Position numbers and translations under genes: made by a program. A stretch of DNA of 64,000 bases from Candidatus Spongiisociaceae bacterium (GTDB taxonomy: Bacteria > Actinomycetota > Acidimicrobiia > Spongiisociales > Spongiisociaceae): assembly GCA_965202665.1 (NCBI GenBank), contig OZ241841.1, forward strand, positions 1,344,001 through 1,408,000, read 5' to 3'. Positions 28,992 to 39,460 of the stretch are shown here, in pieces (the stretch's first letter is position 1; each line of letters opens with the position of its first letter). The notes beneath the pieces are model-generated. The model did no database searches and was not told the DNA's origin. It saw only the letters and a list, made by a program, of their open reading frames with translations.

Positions 28992-29681
28992 TTACTGGAT
29001 CAGGTAGACGAGCACGAAGATGACGATCCAGATGATGTCCACAAAGTGCCAGTACAAACCCACCAGTTCCACATTGAAGCCTTCCCGCTCCGACAACCGG
29101 CCCGCCCGCAGCGACTTGCCGCCCAACACCAGCAGCATCAGCACCCCGATAACCACGTGCACCCCGTGGAATCCGGTCAGCATGTAGAAGGCGGAAGCGG
29201 CAGGATTCGTATTCAGTTTCAGCCCTTCCAGGATGAATTCGGTGAATTCGAAGAACTGCCCGGCTACGAACACCATTCCCAGGGCGCCGGTGGCGAACAG
29301 CCAGGTGCGGGTCTGGGCCTGGTCGTCCCGGGCCAGGGCGGAATGGGCCAGCACCATGGTCAGCGAACTCATCAGCAACACGAAGGAGCTGATGGAAGTG
29401 AACGGAATGTCGTACAGTTCCACCGGATACAGGGCCCCTTCCCCGTAGTCCCGCCCTTTGAACAGCAGATAGTTGGTGATCAGCGCCCCGAAAAACAGAA
29501 ACTCGGAGGAGAGAAACACCCACATTCCCAGTTTGCGGCTGTCGATGCCGGTCATCTCGTGATGGCCGCCTCCGCCGTGCCCGTCCCCGTGTCCGCCGGC
29601 CGGGCCGTCCCCGTTGCCCCCTCCGGACGTCATCGGTTCGGCGGCGTCGGTCGCCGCGGGGGAGTGGGCCAAGTCGGTCAT
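28992..29681 (-). CDS. ctaE: Cytochrome c oxidase subunit III
   Basis: GMWVFLSSE, FYMLTGFHGVHV, LYWHFVD; ATGA overlap with ctaD. Confidence 0.93.
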   Translation of the reverse strand: MTDLAHSPAATDAAEPMTSGGGNGDGPAGGHGDGHGGGGHHEMTGIDSRKLGMWVFLSSEFLFFGALITNYLLFKGRDYGEGALYPVELYDIPFTSISSFVLLMSSLTMVLAHSALARDDQAQTRTWLFATGALGMVFVAGQFFEFTEFILEGLKLNTNPAASAFYMLTGFHGVHVVIGVLMLLVLGGKSLRAGRLSEREGFNVELVGLYWHFVDIIWIVIFVLVYLIQ

Positions 29682-31789
29682 GTTCCGTCCCCGGCCGGGG
29701 CCGCCGCCGTTACGGCCGCCTCCCCGTTGGGCGAGCCGCTCCCGGCGGCCGGGCCGTCCCCGCCCCATCCGTCGTCCTGCTCGCCGTCGTGATGGGATTC
29801 CTCATCGTGATGGGGTTCTTCCAGCGGCTCCGACCCCCAGGCCACGAAGGCGGCGATGGTCATCACCGCCCCGACCACTATCAGCGGTATTCCGAAGGGG
29901 CGGGTGTGGTAGAGGATGCCGTAGGCGGCGATCATTATCCCCAACCCGACGAAAAACGGGAAATAGGAGGGAGCGGGCAGGTGGATTTCCCGTTCGGGAT
30001 GGCCGTTGGCGTGGATAAGGTCGGCCACCACCCGGTCCGCCTCCGGTTTGCGCACCGCCCGGCCCTCTTCGTCCTGGTCGTATTTGCGATGCCAGAAGTC
30101 GTCCAAGGAGGCGACCGTCGGCTCCACCGCAAAGTTGTAGGCGGGGGTGGGGGAGGGGATGGTCCATTCGATGGTGCGGGCGTCCCACGGGTCGTCCGGG
30201 GCTATTTTCCCCCGCCGTTTGGAATAGGACCAGTTGATCATGAAAAACAGCACCGAAACGGCGATTAGGAAAGCCCCGATGGTGACGATGAAATTCCACA
30301 ATCCCAGCCCGGCGTCCGCCGGATACACCCAGGTGCGCCGCACCATCCCCTGCAAACCCAGCCAGTGCATGGGCCCGAAAGTCAAGTTCATTCCGATGAA
30401 CATCGTCCAGAAGTGGGTTTTGCCCAAACCTTCGCCCATCATCCGCCCGGTCAGTTTCGGGAACCAGTAGTAAAGGCCGGCGAACAGCCCGAAGATGGCC
30501 CCCCCGAACAGGACGTAGTGGAAGTGGGCCACGATGTAATAGGTGTCGGTCTGCTGCCAGTCGGACGGCACCACCGCATGGGTCACCCCCGACAGCCCCC
30601 CGATCACGAACAGGGCCACGAACCCCAACGAGAAGAGCATGGGGGTGGTTAATCGTATCCGCCCGCCCCACACCGTCCCCAGCCAGTTGAAAATCTTGAT
30701 GCCGGTGGGGATGGCGATGGTCATGGTGGCCAGGCCGAAGGCGGCTTGGGCCACGGTGGGGATGCCGGAGGAGAACATATGATGCGCCCACACCCCGAAC
30801 CCGAGGAAGGCGATGGCCGCCCCGGCGAACACCACCGCCGGGTAGCCGAACAGGGGCTTTTTGGAAAACACGGGCAGCACTTCGGACACGATTCCCATGG
30901 CGGGCAGGATGAGGATGTACACCTCCGGATGGCCGAACAGCCAAAACAGATGTTGCCACAGTATCGGATCCCCGCCCGCTTCGGCTATGAAAAACAGGGT
31001 CCCGAACTGCCGGTCGAAGGTGAGCATGAACAGGGCGATGGCGATGATGGGCAGGGAGAACAGCAACAGCAGGGCCACCACCAAAGTCATCCACACGAAC
31101 ACCGGCATGCGCAGCATCCGCATCCCCCGGGCCCGCAGGTTGAGGATGGTAACCACGAAGTTGACCGCCGAAATCAGGGAGGCCACCCCCAGGATCTGCA
31201 GCCCGAGGGCGGCGAAGTCCAAAGAGGTGCCGGGGGAGAAGACGGTGCCGCTGTTGGGGGCGTAAATGAACCATCCGCTGTTAGGAATGGAACCGAGGGC
31301 CGAGGCGTCCAAAGCCCCGCCCGGCAGGTTGCCGCCCACCGGGGCCGGGGAGGTGCCGAACAGGAGGGAAGAGTAAATGAATATCCCCCCGAACAGGAAA
31401 ATCCAGAAGCTGACCGCGTTCATGCGGGGAAAGGCCACATCGCGGGCTCCGATCATCAGCGGCAGCAGATAGTTGAAAAAGGCAGCCCCCATCGGCATCA
31501 CGAACAGGAAAATCATGGTCACGGCGTGGGTGGTGAACAGGCCGTTGTATTCGGCGGCGGACAGGAAAGCCCCGTCCGGCCCGGCCAGTTGGATGCGCAG
31601 CAGCAGGGCTTCGATTCCGCCCGCGATGAAAAAGAAGAAGGCGGTGTAGCCGTACATTATGCCGATCTTCTTATGGTCGGAAGTGGTGATCCACGACCAG
31701 AAACCGGTGGTGAGCCGGGGGCGGCGGAAAACCGTCCGCTCCGCTTGGGGGGCGGCGGTCCCGGTTTCCGGGTTCATGGTGACGGCCAT
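29678..31789 (-). CDS. ctaD: Cytochrome c oxidase subunit I (A1 type)
   Basis: DHKKIG, GHPEVY, VWAHH, AHFHY, RR. Confidence 0.97.
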   Translation of the reverse strand: MAVTMNPETGTAAPQAERTVFRRPRLTTGFWSWITTSDHKKIGIMYGYTAFFFFIAGGIEALLLRIQLAGPDGAFLSAAEYNGLFTTHAVTMIFLFVMPMGAAFFNYLLPLMIGARDVAFPRMNAVSFWIFLFGGIFIYSSLLFGTSPAPVGGNLPGGALDASALGSIPNSGWFIYAPNSGTVFSPGTSLDFAALGLQILGVASLISAVNFVVTILNLRARGMRMLRMPVFVWMTLVVALLLLFSLPIIAIALFMLTFDRQFGTLFFIAEAGGDPILWQHLFWLFGHPEVYILILPAMGIVSEVLPVFSKKPLFGYPAVVFAGAAIAFLGFGVWAHHMFSSGIPTVAQAAFGLATMTIAIPTGIKIFNWLGTVWGGRIRLTTPMLFSLGFVALFVIGGLSGVTHAVVPSDWQQTDTYYIVAHFHYVLFGGAIFGLFAGLYYWFPKLTGRMMGEGLGKTHFWTMFIGMNLTFGPMHWLGLQGMVRRTWVYPADAGLGLWNFIVTIGAFLIAVSVLFFMINWSYSKRRGKIAPDDPWDARTIEWTIPSPTPAYNFAVEPTVASLDDFWHRKYDQDEEGRAVRKPEADRVVADLIHANGHPEREIHLPAPSYFPFFVGLGIMIAAYGILYHTRPFGIPLIVVGAVMTIAAFVAWGSEPLEEPHHDEESHHDGEQDDGWGGDGPAAGSGSPNGEAAVTAAAPAGDGT

Positions 31790-31806
31790 TTATCCTCCCT
31801 TCGCTT

Positions 31807-32946
31807 TCATTCCAAAGTCGACAGGTAGGCGACCAGGGCGTCCACTTCGTCGGCGGTCAAACCCAGGTCGGGCATGAACGAGCCGGGTTTCCAGGTGGGG
31901 GGGTCGGCCAGCCACAGGCGCAGCCCTTCCTCCCAGTCGGCTTGGGTGGGGGCCAGGCCGTCCGGCAGGGTCGCTCCGGCGAACACGTTGCGGGAGGCGA
32001 AATGGGTCAGGTCGGGGGCGGCCACGGTGAGGGTGGCCGGATCCGGTTCGTTCACCCCTTTGATGATATGACAGGTGACGCATAGCCCGTCCAGGAAAAC
32101 TTGCAGGCCTTCTTCGGCCCGGCTTCCCGCCTCCGGTTCCACGGCCGGGGTTTGCTGGTCGGACAGCCACTGCTGGTAGCCGGTCGCGGTCAGGGCCTGC
32201 ACCCGGGCCCGCATCCGGGCGTGGCTCAGCCCGCAGAATTCGGCGCAGTGCCCCCAGTATTCGCCGGGATCTTCGGCGTACAGGCGCTGTTCGGTTTCCT
32301 GGCCGGGCACCAGGTAGCGTTTGCCGGCCAATTTGGGCACCCAGAAGTTGTGCAACACGTCGTCGGAGGTCATTTTGGCGCACACTTCGGTGTCTTCGGG
32401 GATGACCAGCACGTTGGCGGTGGTGACCCCCTCCTGCGGATACCGGAATTCGAACCACCACTGATGGCCGATCACCTCCACTTCCATGGCCCCTTCCGGA
32501 CATTCGGCCAAGTCGAACAGGGCGGCCACGGTGGGCACCGCGATGCCGGCCAGGATGAGGGTGGGGATGATCGTCCAAGCCAGTTCCAGCCGGGTGTTGC
32601 CCAAAGGCTGTTTGGGGGCGGGGCGGCGGTCGCCTTTGCGCTCCCGGAACAGGAAGACGGCCAGCAGCAAAGCCCCCTGCACCAGCACGAATATCACCAC
32701 CGCCATCCAGAACACCGGCCAGAACAGGTCGTTGATGCGCTCCGCGATCGGCCCCTGCGAGTCAAAGGAGTTGAGGGGCTGCTCCACCCGTCCGCACCCG
32801 GTCAGAACCAAAACCGCCAAGCCGGCGACGGCTGCCAGCTTCAGGAATGGCCGCGGGGGGCGACGGTTCATTTCTGCCTTTCTTCCCGGCGGGCGGGTTC
32901 CCGCTCTGTCCGCCCCGGACGCGGGCGCACTTTCCTCCGCCCCCAT
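31807..32946 (-). CDS. ctaC: Cytochrome c oxidase subunit II with fused cytochrome c (caa3 type)
   Basis: QWWFEF, DVLHNFW, CAEFCGLSHARM (CuA), CVTCH heme motif; start may be about 32871. Confidence 0.95.
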   Translation of the reverse strand: MGAEESAPASGADRAGTRPPGRKAEMNRRPPRPFLKLAAVAGLAVLVLTGCGRVEQPLNSFDSQGPIAERINDLFWPVFWMAVVIFVLVQGALLLAVFLFRERKGDRRPAPKQPLGNTRLELAWTIIPTLILAGIAVPTVAALFDLAECPEGAMEVEVIGHQWWFEFRYPQEGVTTANVLVIPEDTEVCAKMTSDDVLHNFWVPKLAGKRYLVPGQETEQRLYAEDPGEYWGHCAEFCGLSHARMRARVQALTATGYQQWLSDQQTPAVEPEAGSRAEEGLQVFLDGLCVTCHIIKGVNEPDPATLTVAAPDLTHFASRNVFAGATLPDGLAPTQADWEEGLRLWLADPPTWKPGSFMPDLGLTADEVDALVAYLSTLE

Positions 32947-33006
32947 ATTAGAGGGTCGCCAACCGGGGATACATTTTAGAGCCGGCGCCCTGACGAAGCC
33001 CTGGGG

Positions 33007-33591
33007 TCAGGCGCGGATGGCTACTTCGTCCCCCTCTTGGGCGTCGTAATGCTCCGGGCGGTCGTAGGGGATGAAAAAACCGCGCAGTCCCTGGCTGAGT
33101 TCGTGGCGGGGCCCGGCCACATCCTGGGCGTGCAGGTCGGGCTGGTCCATAAGCCAGCGGGTGAACGGCACGCAGGCCTCGGCGGGCAGCACTTCCCGCA
33201 GCACCACCGAATCATTTTCGCCGCTGATGCGCACCCCTTCATCCACGTCGTCGGCGGTGATGACCCGATCGGAGGTGATGATCAGGTTTTCGCCCGCGAC
33301 GCCCATCGGGATGGGGCGGTATTTGTCACACACGAACCGGTAGTTGGCCTCAAAGCCGATCAGCAGCACCCGATGGTGGGGAACCGGCCGGCGGTCCGGG
33401 TACATATGATGGTGGCTGTCCAGCATCCAGGCGGTCCCGTCATGCCCGAGCACCCCGTCCGCGCCGAGGCGAATGCGGCTCACCTCCCGCAACGGGTCGG
33501 GGTCGTAAATGGGATCGCGCCGCATCTTGCTAAGGGCGATCTGCATTTTGGAGACCGTCCCGATCGTTTTCCACTCACCCACGGTTTCCAA
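33007..33591 (-). CDS. MOSC-like domain protein
   Basis: AGENLII and downstream Cys (ACVPF), GLRGF; AAGGAGG SD. Confidence 0.5.
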   Translation of the reverse strand: METVGEWKTIGTVSKMQIALSKMRRDPIYDPDPLREVSRIRLGADGVLGHDGTAWMLDSHHHMYPDRRPVPHHRVLLIGFEANYRFVCDKYRPIPMGVAGENLIITSDRVITADDVDEGVRISGENDSVVLREVLPAEACVPFTRWLMDQPDLHAQDVAGPRHELSQGLRGFFIPYDRPEHYDAQEGDEVAIRA

Positions 33592-33734
33592 CCTCCTTGG
33601 TATAGATAAGCCCAGGTTAGCAGGCCCGCCCCGTTCCAGAGGAGCCTTGCCCGCGGCGGCGATAACCCGAATTTATCACAGGGGGGCGGTAATGTGTCCG
33701 CCAGGTTCTCCAAGCATCCGTCAGGAGGTCGGTT

Positions 33735-34892
33735 TTGAGGGAGATTTACCTGGACTACAACGGCTCGGCTCCGCTTGACCCCCGCGTCGCCGAGGCGATG
33801 TCGCAGTCGTTCGCCGACTTCGGCAACGCTTCCGCCGCTCATCGCTTCGGCCGCAGGCAGGCGGCCCGGGCGGACTTGGCCCGCGAGCAAACGGCGGCCC
33901 TGGTGGGCGGCCGGCCGGCTGACGTCGTTTTCACCGCCGGGGCGACCGAAGCCAACAACCTGGCTTTGTGCGGGGCCGCGCAGGGCGCCCCTCCGCAACG
34001 GGTCCGGGTTCTGGTTTCGGCGACGGAGCACGCTTCGGTCATTGGCGCCGCCCGTTGGTTGAACGAGCAGGGTTTGGCCAAGGCGGACGTCATTCCGGTG
34101 ACCGCGGGCGGCTTCGTCGATCCCGACGAGGCGGAGCGGATGCTGGACGACGACGTCGCCTTGGTTTCGGTGATGGCAGCCAACGGCGAAACCGGCATTT
34201 TGAACCCGATAGCGGAAATAGCCGAACGGGCGCAAGCCGTCGGCGCCCTCATGCATTGCGACGCCACGCAAATGGCGGGCCGCCTTCCTTTCAATATGAG
34301 CCGGGCGGGCGTTGACCTGGTCTCGGTCAGCGGCCACAAAATGTGCGGCCCGGGCGGGGTGGGGGCTTTGATCGGAACCCGCCGCAGCTTGCAAAAGTTG
34401 CGGCCGGTGATCCACGGCGGCGGCCACGAGCGGGGTTTGCGGTCCGGTTCTTTGAACGTGGCCGGGATCGTCGGGCTGGGCGCGGCCGCCCTGCTCGCCT
34501 TGGAGGAGAGGGCGCCGGAGGCGGAGCGGACCGGGCGGCTCCGCGACCGGTTGGCGGCCGGTTTGCGGGAGGGCCTGCCCGGGGCGCAAGAGGCGGGGGA
34601 CATCTCCCGCCGCCTCCCCAACACCGCCAACTTCCGGTTTGCGGGGGTCGACGCCGAGGCGGCGCTGGCCAACATGGATCCGGTGGCCGCCTCCGCCGGC
34701 AGCGCCTGCAGTTCCGGTTCCATAGAGCCCTCGGAGGTGTTGCTGGCCATGGGGTTTTCCCGCCAAGCCGCCTTCGAGTCGATTCGGTTCAGCCTGGGGA
34801 GGTTCACCACCGCCGAAGAGATCGAGCGGGCCATTCCCAAAATTGTCTCAGCGGTTGACTACGTTGGAAGCATGACCGGGGAAACGGCTTGA
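33735..34892 (+). CDS. sspA: Cysteine desulfurase (SspA/DndA/IscS-like)
   Basis: YLDYN, GNAS, TEHASV, SGHK (PLP Lys), SAGSACSSG (catalytic Cys); first gene of the operon. Confidence 0.85.
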   Translation: MREIYLDYNGSAPLDPRVAEAMSQSFADFGNASAAHRFGRRQAARADLAREQTAALVGGRPADVVFTAGATEANNLALCGAAQGAPPQRVRVLVSATEHASVIGAARWLNEQGLAKADVIPVTAGGFVDPDEAERMLDDDVALVSVMAANGETGILNPIAEIAERAQAVGALMHCDATQMAGRLPFNMSRAGVDLVSVSGHKMCGPGGVGALIGTRRSLQKLRPVIHGGGHERGLRSGSLNVAGIVGLGAAALLALEERAPEAERTGRLRDRLAAGLREGLPGAQEAGDISRRLPNTANFRFAGVDAEAALANMDPVAASAGSACSSGSIEPSEVLLAMGFSRQAAFESIRFSLGRFTTAEEIERAIPKIVSAVDYVGSMTGETA

Positions 34893-34893
34893 A

Positions 34894-35975
34894 ATGCGGT
34901 TGAGCGAAGCGGCCGAGCCGACTTTCGCGCGGCACGAAACTTTTCACCCGCGCTACGGCTGGTTCCGCAAGGCCGTTGCCTTTTCCGCCGGGGACCCGGG
35001 GATTTTCACCCGGGAGGACGCCCCGGTGCGGATCGGGGTGGGCAAGAACATGGTGCGCTCCATCCGCTTCTGGGGCTTGGCGGCCAAACTGATTACGGAG
35101 GACCGGCGTGCCGCCAACCCCCGCACGCCGGGCACGGTTCCCACCCAGATGGGCTTCGTATTGTTCGACGAAACGGGCTGGGATCCGTACATGGAGGACC
35201 CGGGCACCTTGTGGCTTCTCCACTGGTTGCTCCTCGCCCCCCGTTGCCGCCTCCCGGTGTGGTGGATTGCCTTCCACGACTTCCACGCGGTAGAGTTTGC
35301 GGACCCGGACTTGGAGGTTGCGGTAACGGCTGGATTGGATTCGGCGGCGGATTGGAAGCCCCCCAACCCGTCTTCCGTCAAAAAAGACATCACCGCCCTG
35401 TTGCGCGCCTACGGCCCGGCCGTTCGGTCGCGCCGCTCCAACAGCGACGACCTGGTTGACTGCCCGTTGCGCGAACTGAACCTGATCGGCCCTTCCGTAA
35501 CAGACGGCTGCCAGCGGTTTTCGCTGGGACCGAAGCCGACCCTGCCGTCCGAAGTCGCGGCCTACGCGGTCCTTGATTACATTTCCCGCACCCGGCCGGG
35601 CCGCGCCGGCACCATAACCTTAAGCCAACTGGCCCGCGAACCGGGTTCCCCCGCCCGCGCTTTCAAGATGAGCGAAACAGATCTGTCGGCGGCCCTGGAA
35701 CCGGCCGTGGAGGTGATGGGGGGGGGGGTGGCGAAAAGAAGATCGGGCTGGGCGCCGTCAACGGGGCTTCCCAACTGGCCTGGCAGGACGATCCGGCGGC
35801 CCTCGCCCCGGGCTTCCTGGATGAATACTACGGCTCTTCCAATCCGACGCTCCCGGACTTCCGGGCCGGTCACCGCGGCGACCGGCCCATCGGCGAAGAC
35901 CTGCTGGAGGATCTCCGCTCGGAAACCCTGCTGGAGACGCATGGCTTAAGCCTCCGTGAAGAGGCGGCGGTTTAG
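34894..35975 (+). CDS. sspB: DUF4007/SspB-like protein, frameshifted at a G11 tract (restored frame ends at TAG 35975)
   Basis: FARHETF.PRYGW, GVGKNMV, DPYMEDPGTLWLLHW; the conserved C-terminus SQLAW.DDPAA...LDEYY lies in a shifted frame after 35728. Confidence 0.8.
35718..35728 (+). repeat. G11 homopolymer inside sspB
   Basis: ...GTGAT GGGGGGGGGGG TGGCG...; G9 or G12 would restore the frame. Confidence 0.9.
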
Positions 35976-35983
35976 GGGGCGGC

Positions 35984-38900
35984 GTGGGTTTCCTGTCGGA
36001 TTCGATGTCGGCGAAGGCCCGCTTCGCCCGCTCCGCCAACTTGGAACGCGATCTTTCCAACGCGGAACCTTTGGACGGCTACATCGTCACCGCCCGAACC
36101 GTGGACGTTGCGGACCGGCTGGCGGCCGCCGCCCTCGGCAAAGCGGGGGGAGCCTGGTCGCTGACCGGACCCTACGGTTCCGGCAAATCTTCCCTGGCTT
36201 TGTTGCTGGCCGCCCTTTTCGGACCGCCCGGCGAATCGCACAAAGCCGCCTTCGATTTGGTGGACTCCGCATCGCCCGCCACGGGGGAGTCGCTTCGCAA
36301 AGCCCGCAAAAAACACGGAACGGACGACTCCGGTTTTCACCTCGGCCCGGCGACCGCCCTCCGCGAGCCGTTCAGCCAAACGGTTCTGCGCGCCCTCCGC
36401 GAGGCCGTGCTGAGGCGGTACGGCCGCATTCCCCCAACCCGGTCTTTTGCGGCGTCCGCGGCTTTGAAAGGTGCTTTGGCGGACGGGGCTTCGGATGATC
36501 CCCGGCGCACCGGCCCTTCCCCGGCCGATTTAGCGGAGGTGGCCCGCTGTTTGGCGGAGGACGCGCCGTTGCTGTTGATAATCGACGAGTTCGGGAAAAA
36601 CTTGGAGGCCATCCGGGACGGCGGCGAAGCCGACCCTTACCTGTTGCAACAGCTGGCGGAGGCGGGCCAAGGCTCGGGTTTGCCTATTTTCATCCTGACG
36701 TTGCAACACCTGTCGTTTGAGGATTATCTGGCGGGGGCCGGCGACGCGCAACGGCGGGAGTGGGCCAAAGTGCAGGGCCGTTTTGAGGACGTTTCTTTCA
36801 CGGAGTCGGCTTCCCAGACCCGCGCTTTGATGGGGACCGTGTTCGAGGTGGGGGACGACCTGTTGCGGAAACGGATTCTCCAGTGGGCTGAAACCGGCGC
36901 CAAAGATATGAGAAGCCTCGGCGTCCTCGACCTGGCCGACCCGGCGATGTTGGCCGCCTGCTATCCGTTGCACCCTTTGGCGGTGATGGCGTTGCCGGAG
37001 TTGTGCAGTCGTTACGGACAGCACGAACGAACCCTCTTCTCCTTTTTGGCCGGCGCCCACCCGGCCGCCGTCCCCGCTTTTATGTCCTCCGCCGTTTTGC
37101 CGGAGCGCGGCCCCTTGCCGTCGCTGGGTTTGGAATGGGTCTACGACTTTTTCGCGGCGGACGGCGCCCTTTTGGGGGCTTCGGCCGGCCAGTCCAGCCG
37201 TTGGACGGAAATCGCCTCCCGCCTCCGCGACGCCCACGGCCTGACTGAGCCGCAGTCCCAAATGCTGAAATCGGTCGCCCTCCTCAATCTGATTTCCACC
37301 ACCGGAACCATCCGCGCTTCCCGCCGGGTTCTCAACCTGGTTTCCCCCCGGTCCGATCGGATTCTGTCCGAACTGGAACAGGCCGGCTTGGTGACATTCC
37401 GGGAGTTCGCCGACGAATACCGGGTGTGGCAGGGAACGGACGTGGATGTCCGCCGGCTGTTGGAAGCCGCCCGGCGCAGGACGCAGGAGCGTCCGCTGGC
37501 CGACATTTTGTCGGAGGTGGATGAGCCGCGACCGGCGGTGGCCGCCCGGCACAGCGCCGAAAACGATGTTCTGCGGGTGTTCGCACGCCGCTACGTGGAT
37601 GATTTGACGGAGGTTGAGCCGCCCAGCCCGTTTTCACCTTTCGACGGCGAGGCGTTGCTGGTGGTGGGAGCGGACGGCGCACCGCCCGGGCCGGCGCGGT
37701 CGGGGACGGCGGCCAAGCCGGTAGCGGCCGCCTTTCCGCAGGACGTCGCGGGTTTGGAGGCCGCCGCCCGGGAGGTAGCCGCCGTCACAGCCGCCTTCGA
37801 CGACCCGGCGGCGCAGGGAGATTGGGTGGCCCGCCGCGAACTGGGGGAACGTTTGGCCGGAGCGCGGAATGCGCTGGAGCACGCCCTGGCCGCCGCTTTC
37901 CAACCGGACGCCTGCCGATGGGAGCTCCTGGCGGGAGGGGACGGCCCGCCCACCGAGTTGCCGTCGGGCCGGGGAAGCGCCGCCCTGTCAGCGGCGGCGG
38001 ACATCGCCTATCCCGCCACCCCCCAAGTCCAAAACGAGATGTTGAACCGCGTCGCCTTGACCAGCCAGGGGGCCAAGGCGCGGCGGATGCTGTTGGAGGC
38101 CATGATCGAACGCGGCGATAAGGCAGACCTGGGTTTTGAGGGTTACGGGCCGGAAATGGCCATGTACCGGGCTTTCCTGAAACGAACCGGCCTGCACGGC
38201 TTCGACGAACGCAACGGGAAGATGGTTTTCCGCAAACCCACCGACGAGTCTTTGCAAAAGGCGTGGAAAATTATGGAGGAGGAGTTCAAACGGGCGAAGG
38301 ACAGGCGGGTGAACCTGAGCGACGTGTTCGCCGCCTTGCAGTCTCCGCCGGTGGGTATGAAAGCGGGGGCGGTTCCGGTGTTCGTCACCGCCGGACTGGC
38401 GGCGTTCCGGGAGGAGGTCGCCATCTACGAGCACGGCACTTTCAAGCCGTCGCTTACGCCGGAGGTGTTGGAGCGGCTGGTGCGCAACCCCCGTCATTTC
38501 GACATCAAGCATTTCGCCAACACTACCGGCGCCCGCCGCCAAGTAATCGACCATCTGGCCGCCCGCCTGGGGGTCAAACCCGGTTTTCGCAAACACCGGG
38601 TGACCAACGTGTTGTCGGTGATGGGCCATTTGGTGCCCCGAGTCAACCGACTGGAGAACTTCACCCTCCGCACCGGCGCCCTCTCCCCGTCCGCGTTGAA
38701 AGTCAGGGAGGCGCTGGTTTCGGCGGTGGAGCCGGACGAGTTGCTGTTCGACGCCCTTCCCAAAGCGTTCGGACGCCGGCCGATACGGGCCAACGCCAAA
38801 ACCTGCAGCTACGCCCCCGCTTTTGCGCATCAGGTAGGCAAAGCTTTGAACGAGCTGGATTCCCGGTTCGCCCGTTTGCTGGACGAACTTTTCGACCTGC

Positions 38901-39460
38901 TGTTGGAGTCCTGCGCCGAGCCCAGCCGGTTGGCGGTTTCCGGCCAGGCTGCTTCTTTGCAGGACAAAGTGCTGGACCCCGATGTGCGGGCTTTCATCCT
39001 CACTTTGGCCAACGACGGGGCGGAGTCAGACCGGGACTGGTTGAAGGCGGTAGCCACCGTGGTGGCCAGGAAAGCCCCCGCCGAGTGGGCGGACGAAGAC
39101 GAGCGGCGGTTCCGGCGCGATCTCCCCGAACGGATTGCGGCCTTCCACCGTCTTCTGGCGTTGCACGCCGAGCACCGGGCGGAGGGGGGTGGGCCTTTTG
39201 AACCGGTTCGCATCGCGGTAACCCGCCCCGACGGCGGCGAACAGGTGCGTTTGGTGAGCATAGACCAAGAGCATCTGGATGTTTTCAACCGCGAGTTGGA
39301 CGCTTTCGTGGAGCGGCTGGCGTTAGAGATCACCGGTTCGCCCAACCGGGCGAGGAACGCTTTGCTGGCCCTGCTGGGAGGCCGCCTTTTTCCCGCTGAG
39401 TCATCGGCGGAGGAGAAGATGAGCGTCCCAACGACTGAAAGGAGGGCCCGCGTTGGCTGA
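35984..39460 (+). CDS. sspC: Large P-loop ATPase (SspC/BrxC-like)
   Basis: FARSANLERD, GPYGSGKS, LLIIDEFGK, EWAKVQGRF, YPLHP, QHERTLFSFL, NEMLNR. Confidence 0.82.
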   Translation: MGFLSDSMSAKARFARSANLERDLSNAEPLDGYIVTARTVDVADRLAAAALGKAGGAWSLTGPYGSGKSSLALLLAALFGPPGESHKAAFDLVDSASPATGESLRKARKKHGTDDSGFHLGPATALREPFSQTVLRALREAVLRRYGRIPPTRSFAASAALKGALADGASDDPRRTGPSPADLAEVARCLAEDAPLLLIIDEFGKNLEAIRDGGEADPYLLQQLAEAGQGSGLPIFILTLQHLSFEDYLAGAGDAQRREWAKVQGRFEDVSFTESASQTRALMGTVFEVGDDLLRKRILQWAETGAKDMRSLGVLDLADPAMLAACYPLHPLAVMALPELCSRYGQHERTLFSFLAGAHPAAVPAFMSSAVLPERGPLPSLGLEWVYDFFAADGALLGASAGQSSRWTEIASRLRDAHGLTEPQSQMLKSVALLNLISTTGTIRASRRVLNLVSPRSDRILSELEQAGLVTFREFADEYRVWQGTDVDVRRLLEAARRRTQERPLADILSEVDEPRPAVAARHSAENDVLRVFARRYVDDLTEVEPPSPFSPFDGEALLVVGADGAPPGPARSGTAAKPVAAAFPQDVAGLEAAAREVAAVTAAFDDPAAQGDWVARRELGERLAGARNALEHALAAAFQPDACRWELLAGGDGPPTELPSGRGSAALSAAADIAYPATPQVQNEMLNRVALTSQGAKARRMLLEAMIERGDKADLGFEGYGPEMAMYRAFLKRTGLHGFDERNGKMVFRKPTDESLQKAWKIMEEEFKRAKDRRVNLSDVFAALQSPPVGMKAGAVPVFVTAGLAAFREEVAIYEHGTFKPSLTPEVLERLVRNPRHFDIKHFANTTGARRQVIDHLAARLGVKPGFRKHRVTNVLSVMGHLVPRVNRLENFTLRTGALSPSALKVREALVSAVEPDELLFDALPKAFGRRPIRANAKTCSYAPAFAHQVGKALNELDSRFARLLDELFDLLLESCAEPSRLAVSGQAASLQDKVLDPDVRAFILTLANDGAESDRDWLKAVATVVARKAPAEWADEDERRFRRDLPERIAAFHRLLALHAEHRAEGGGPFEPVRIAVTRPDGGEQVRLVSIDQEHLDVFNRELDAFVERLALEITGSPNRARNALLALLGGRLFPAESSAEEKMSVPTTERRARVG

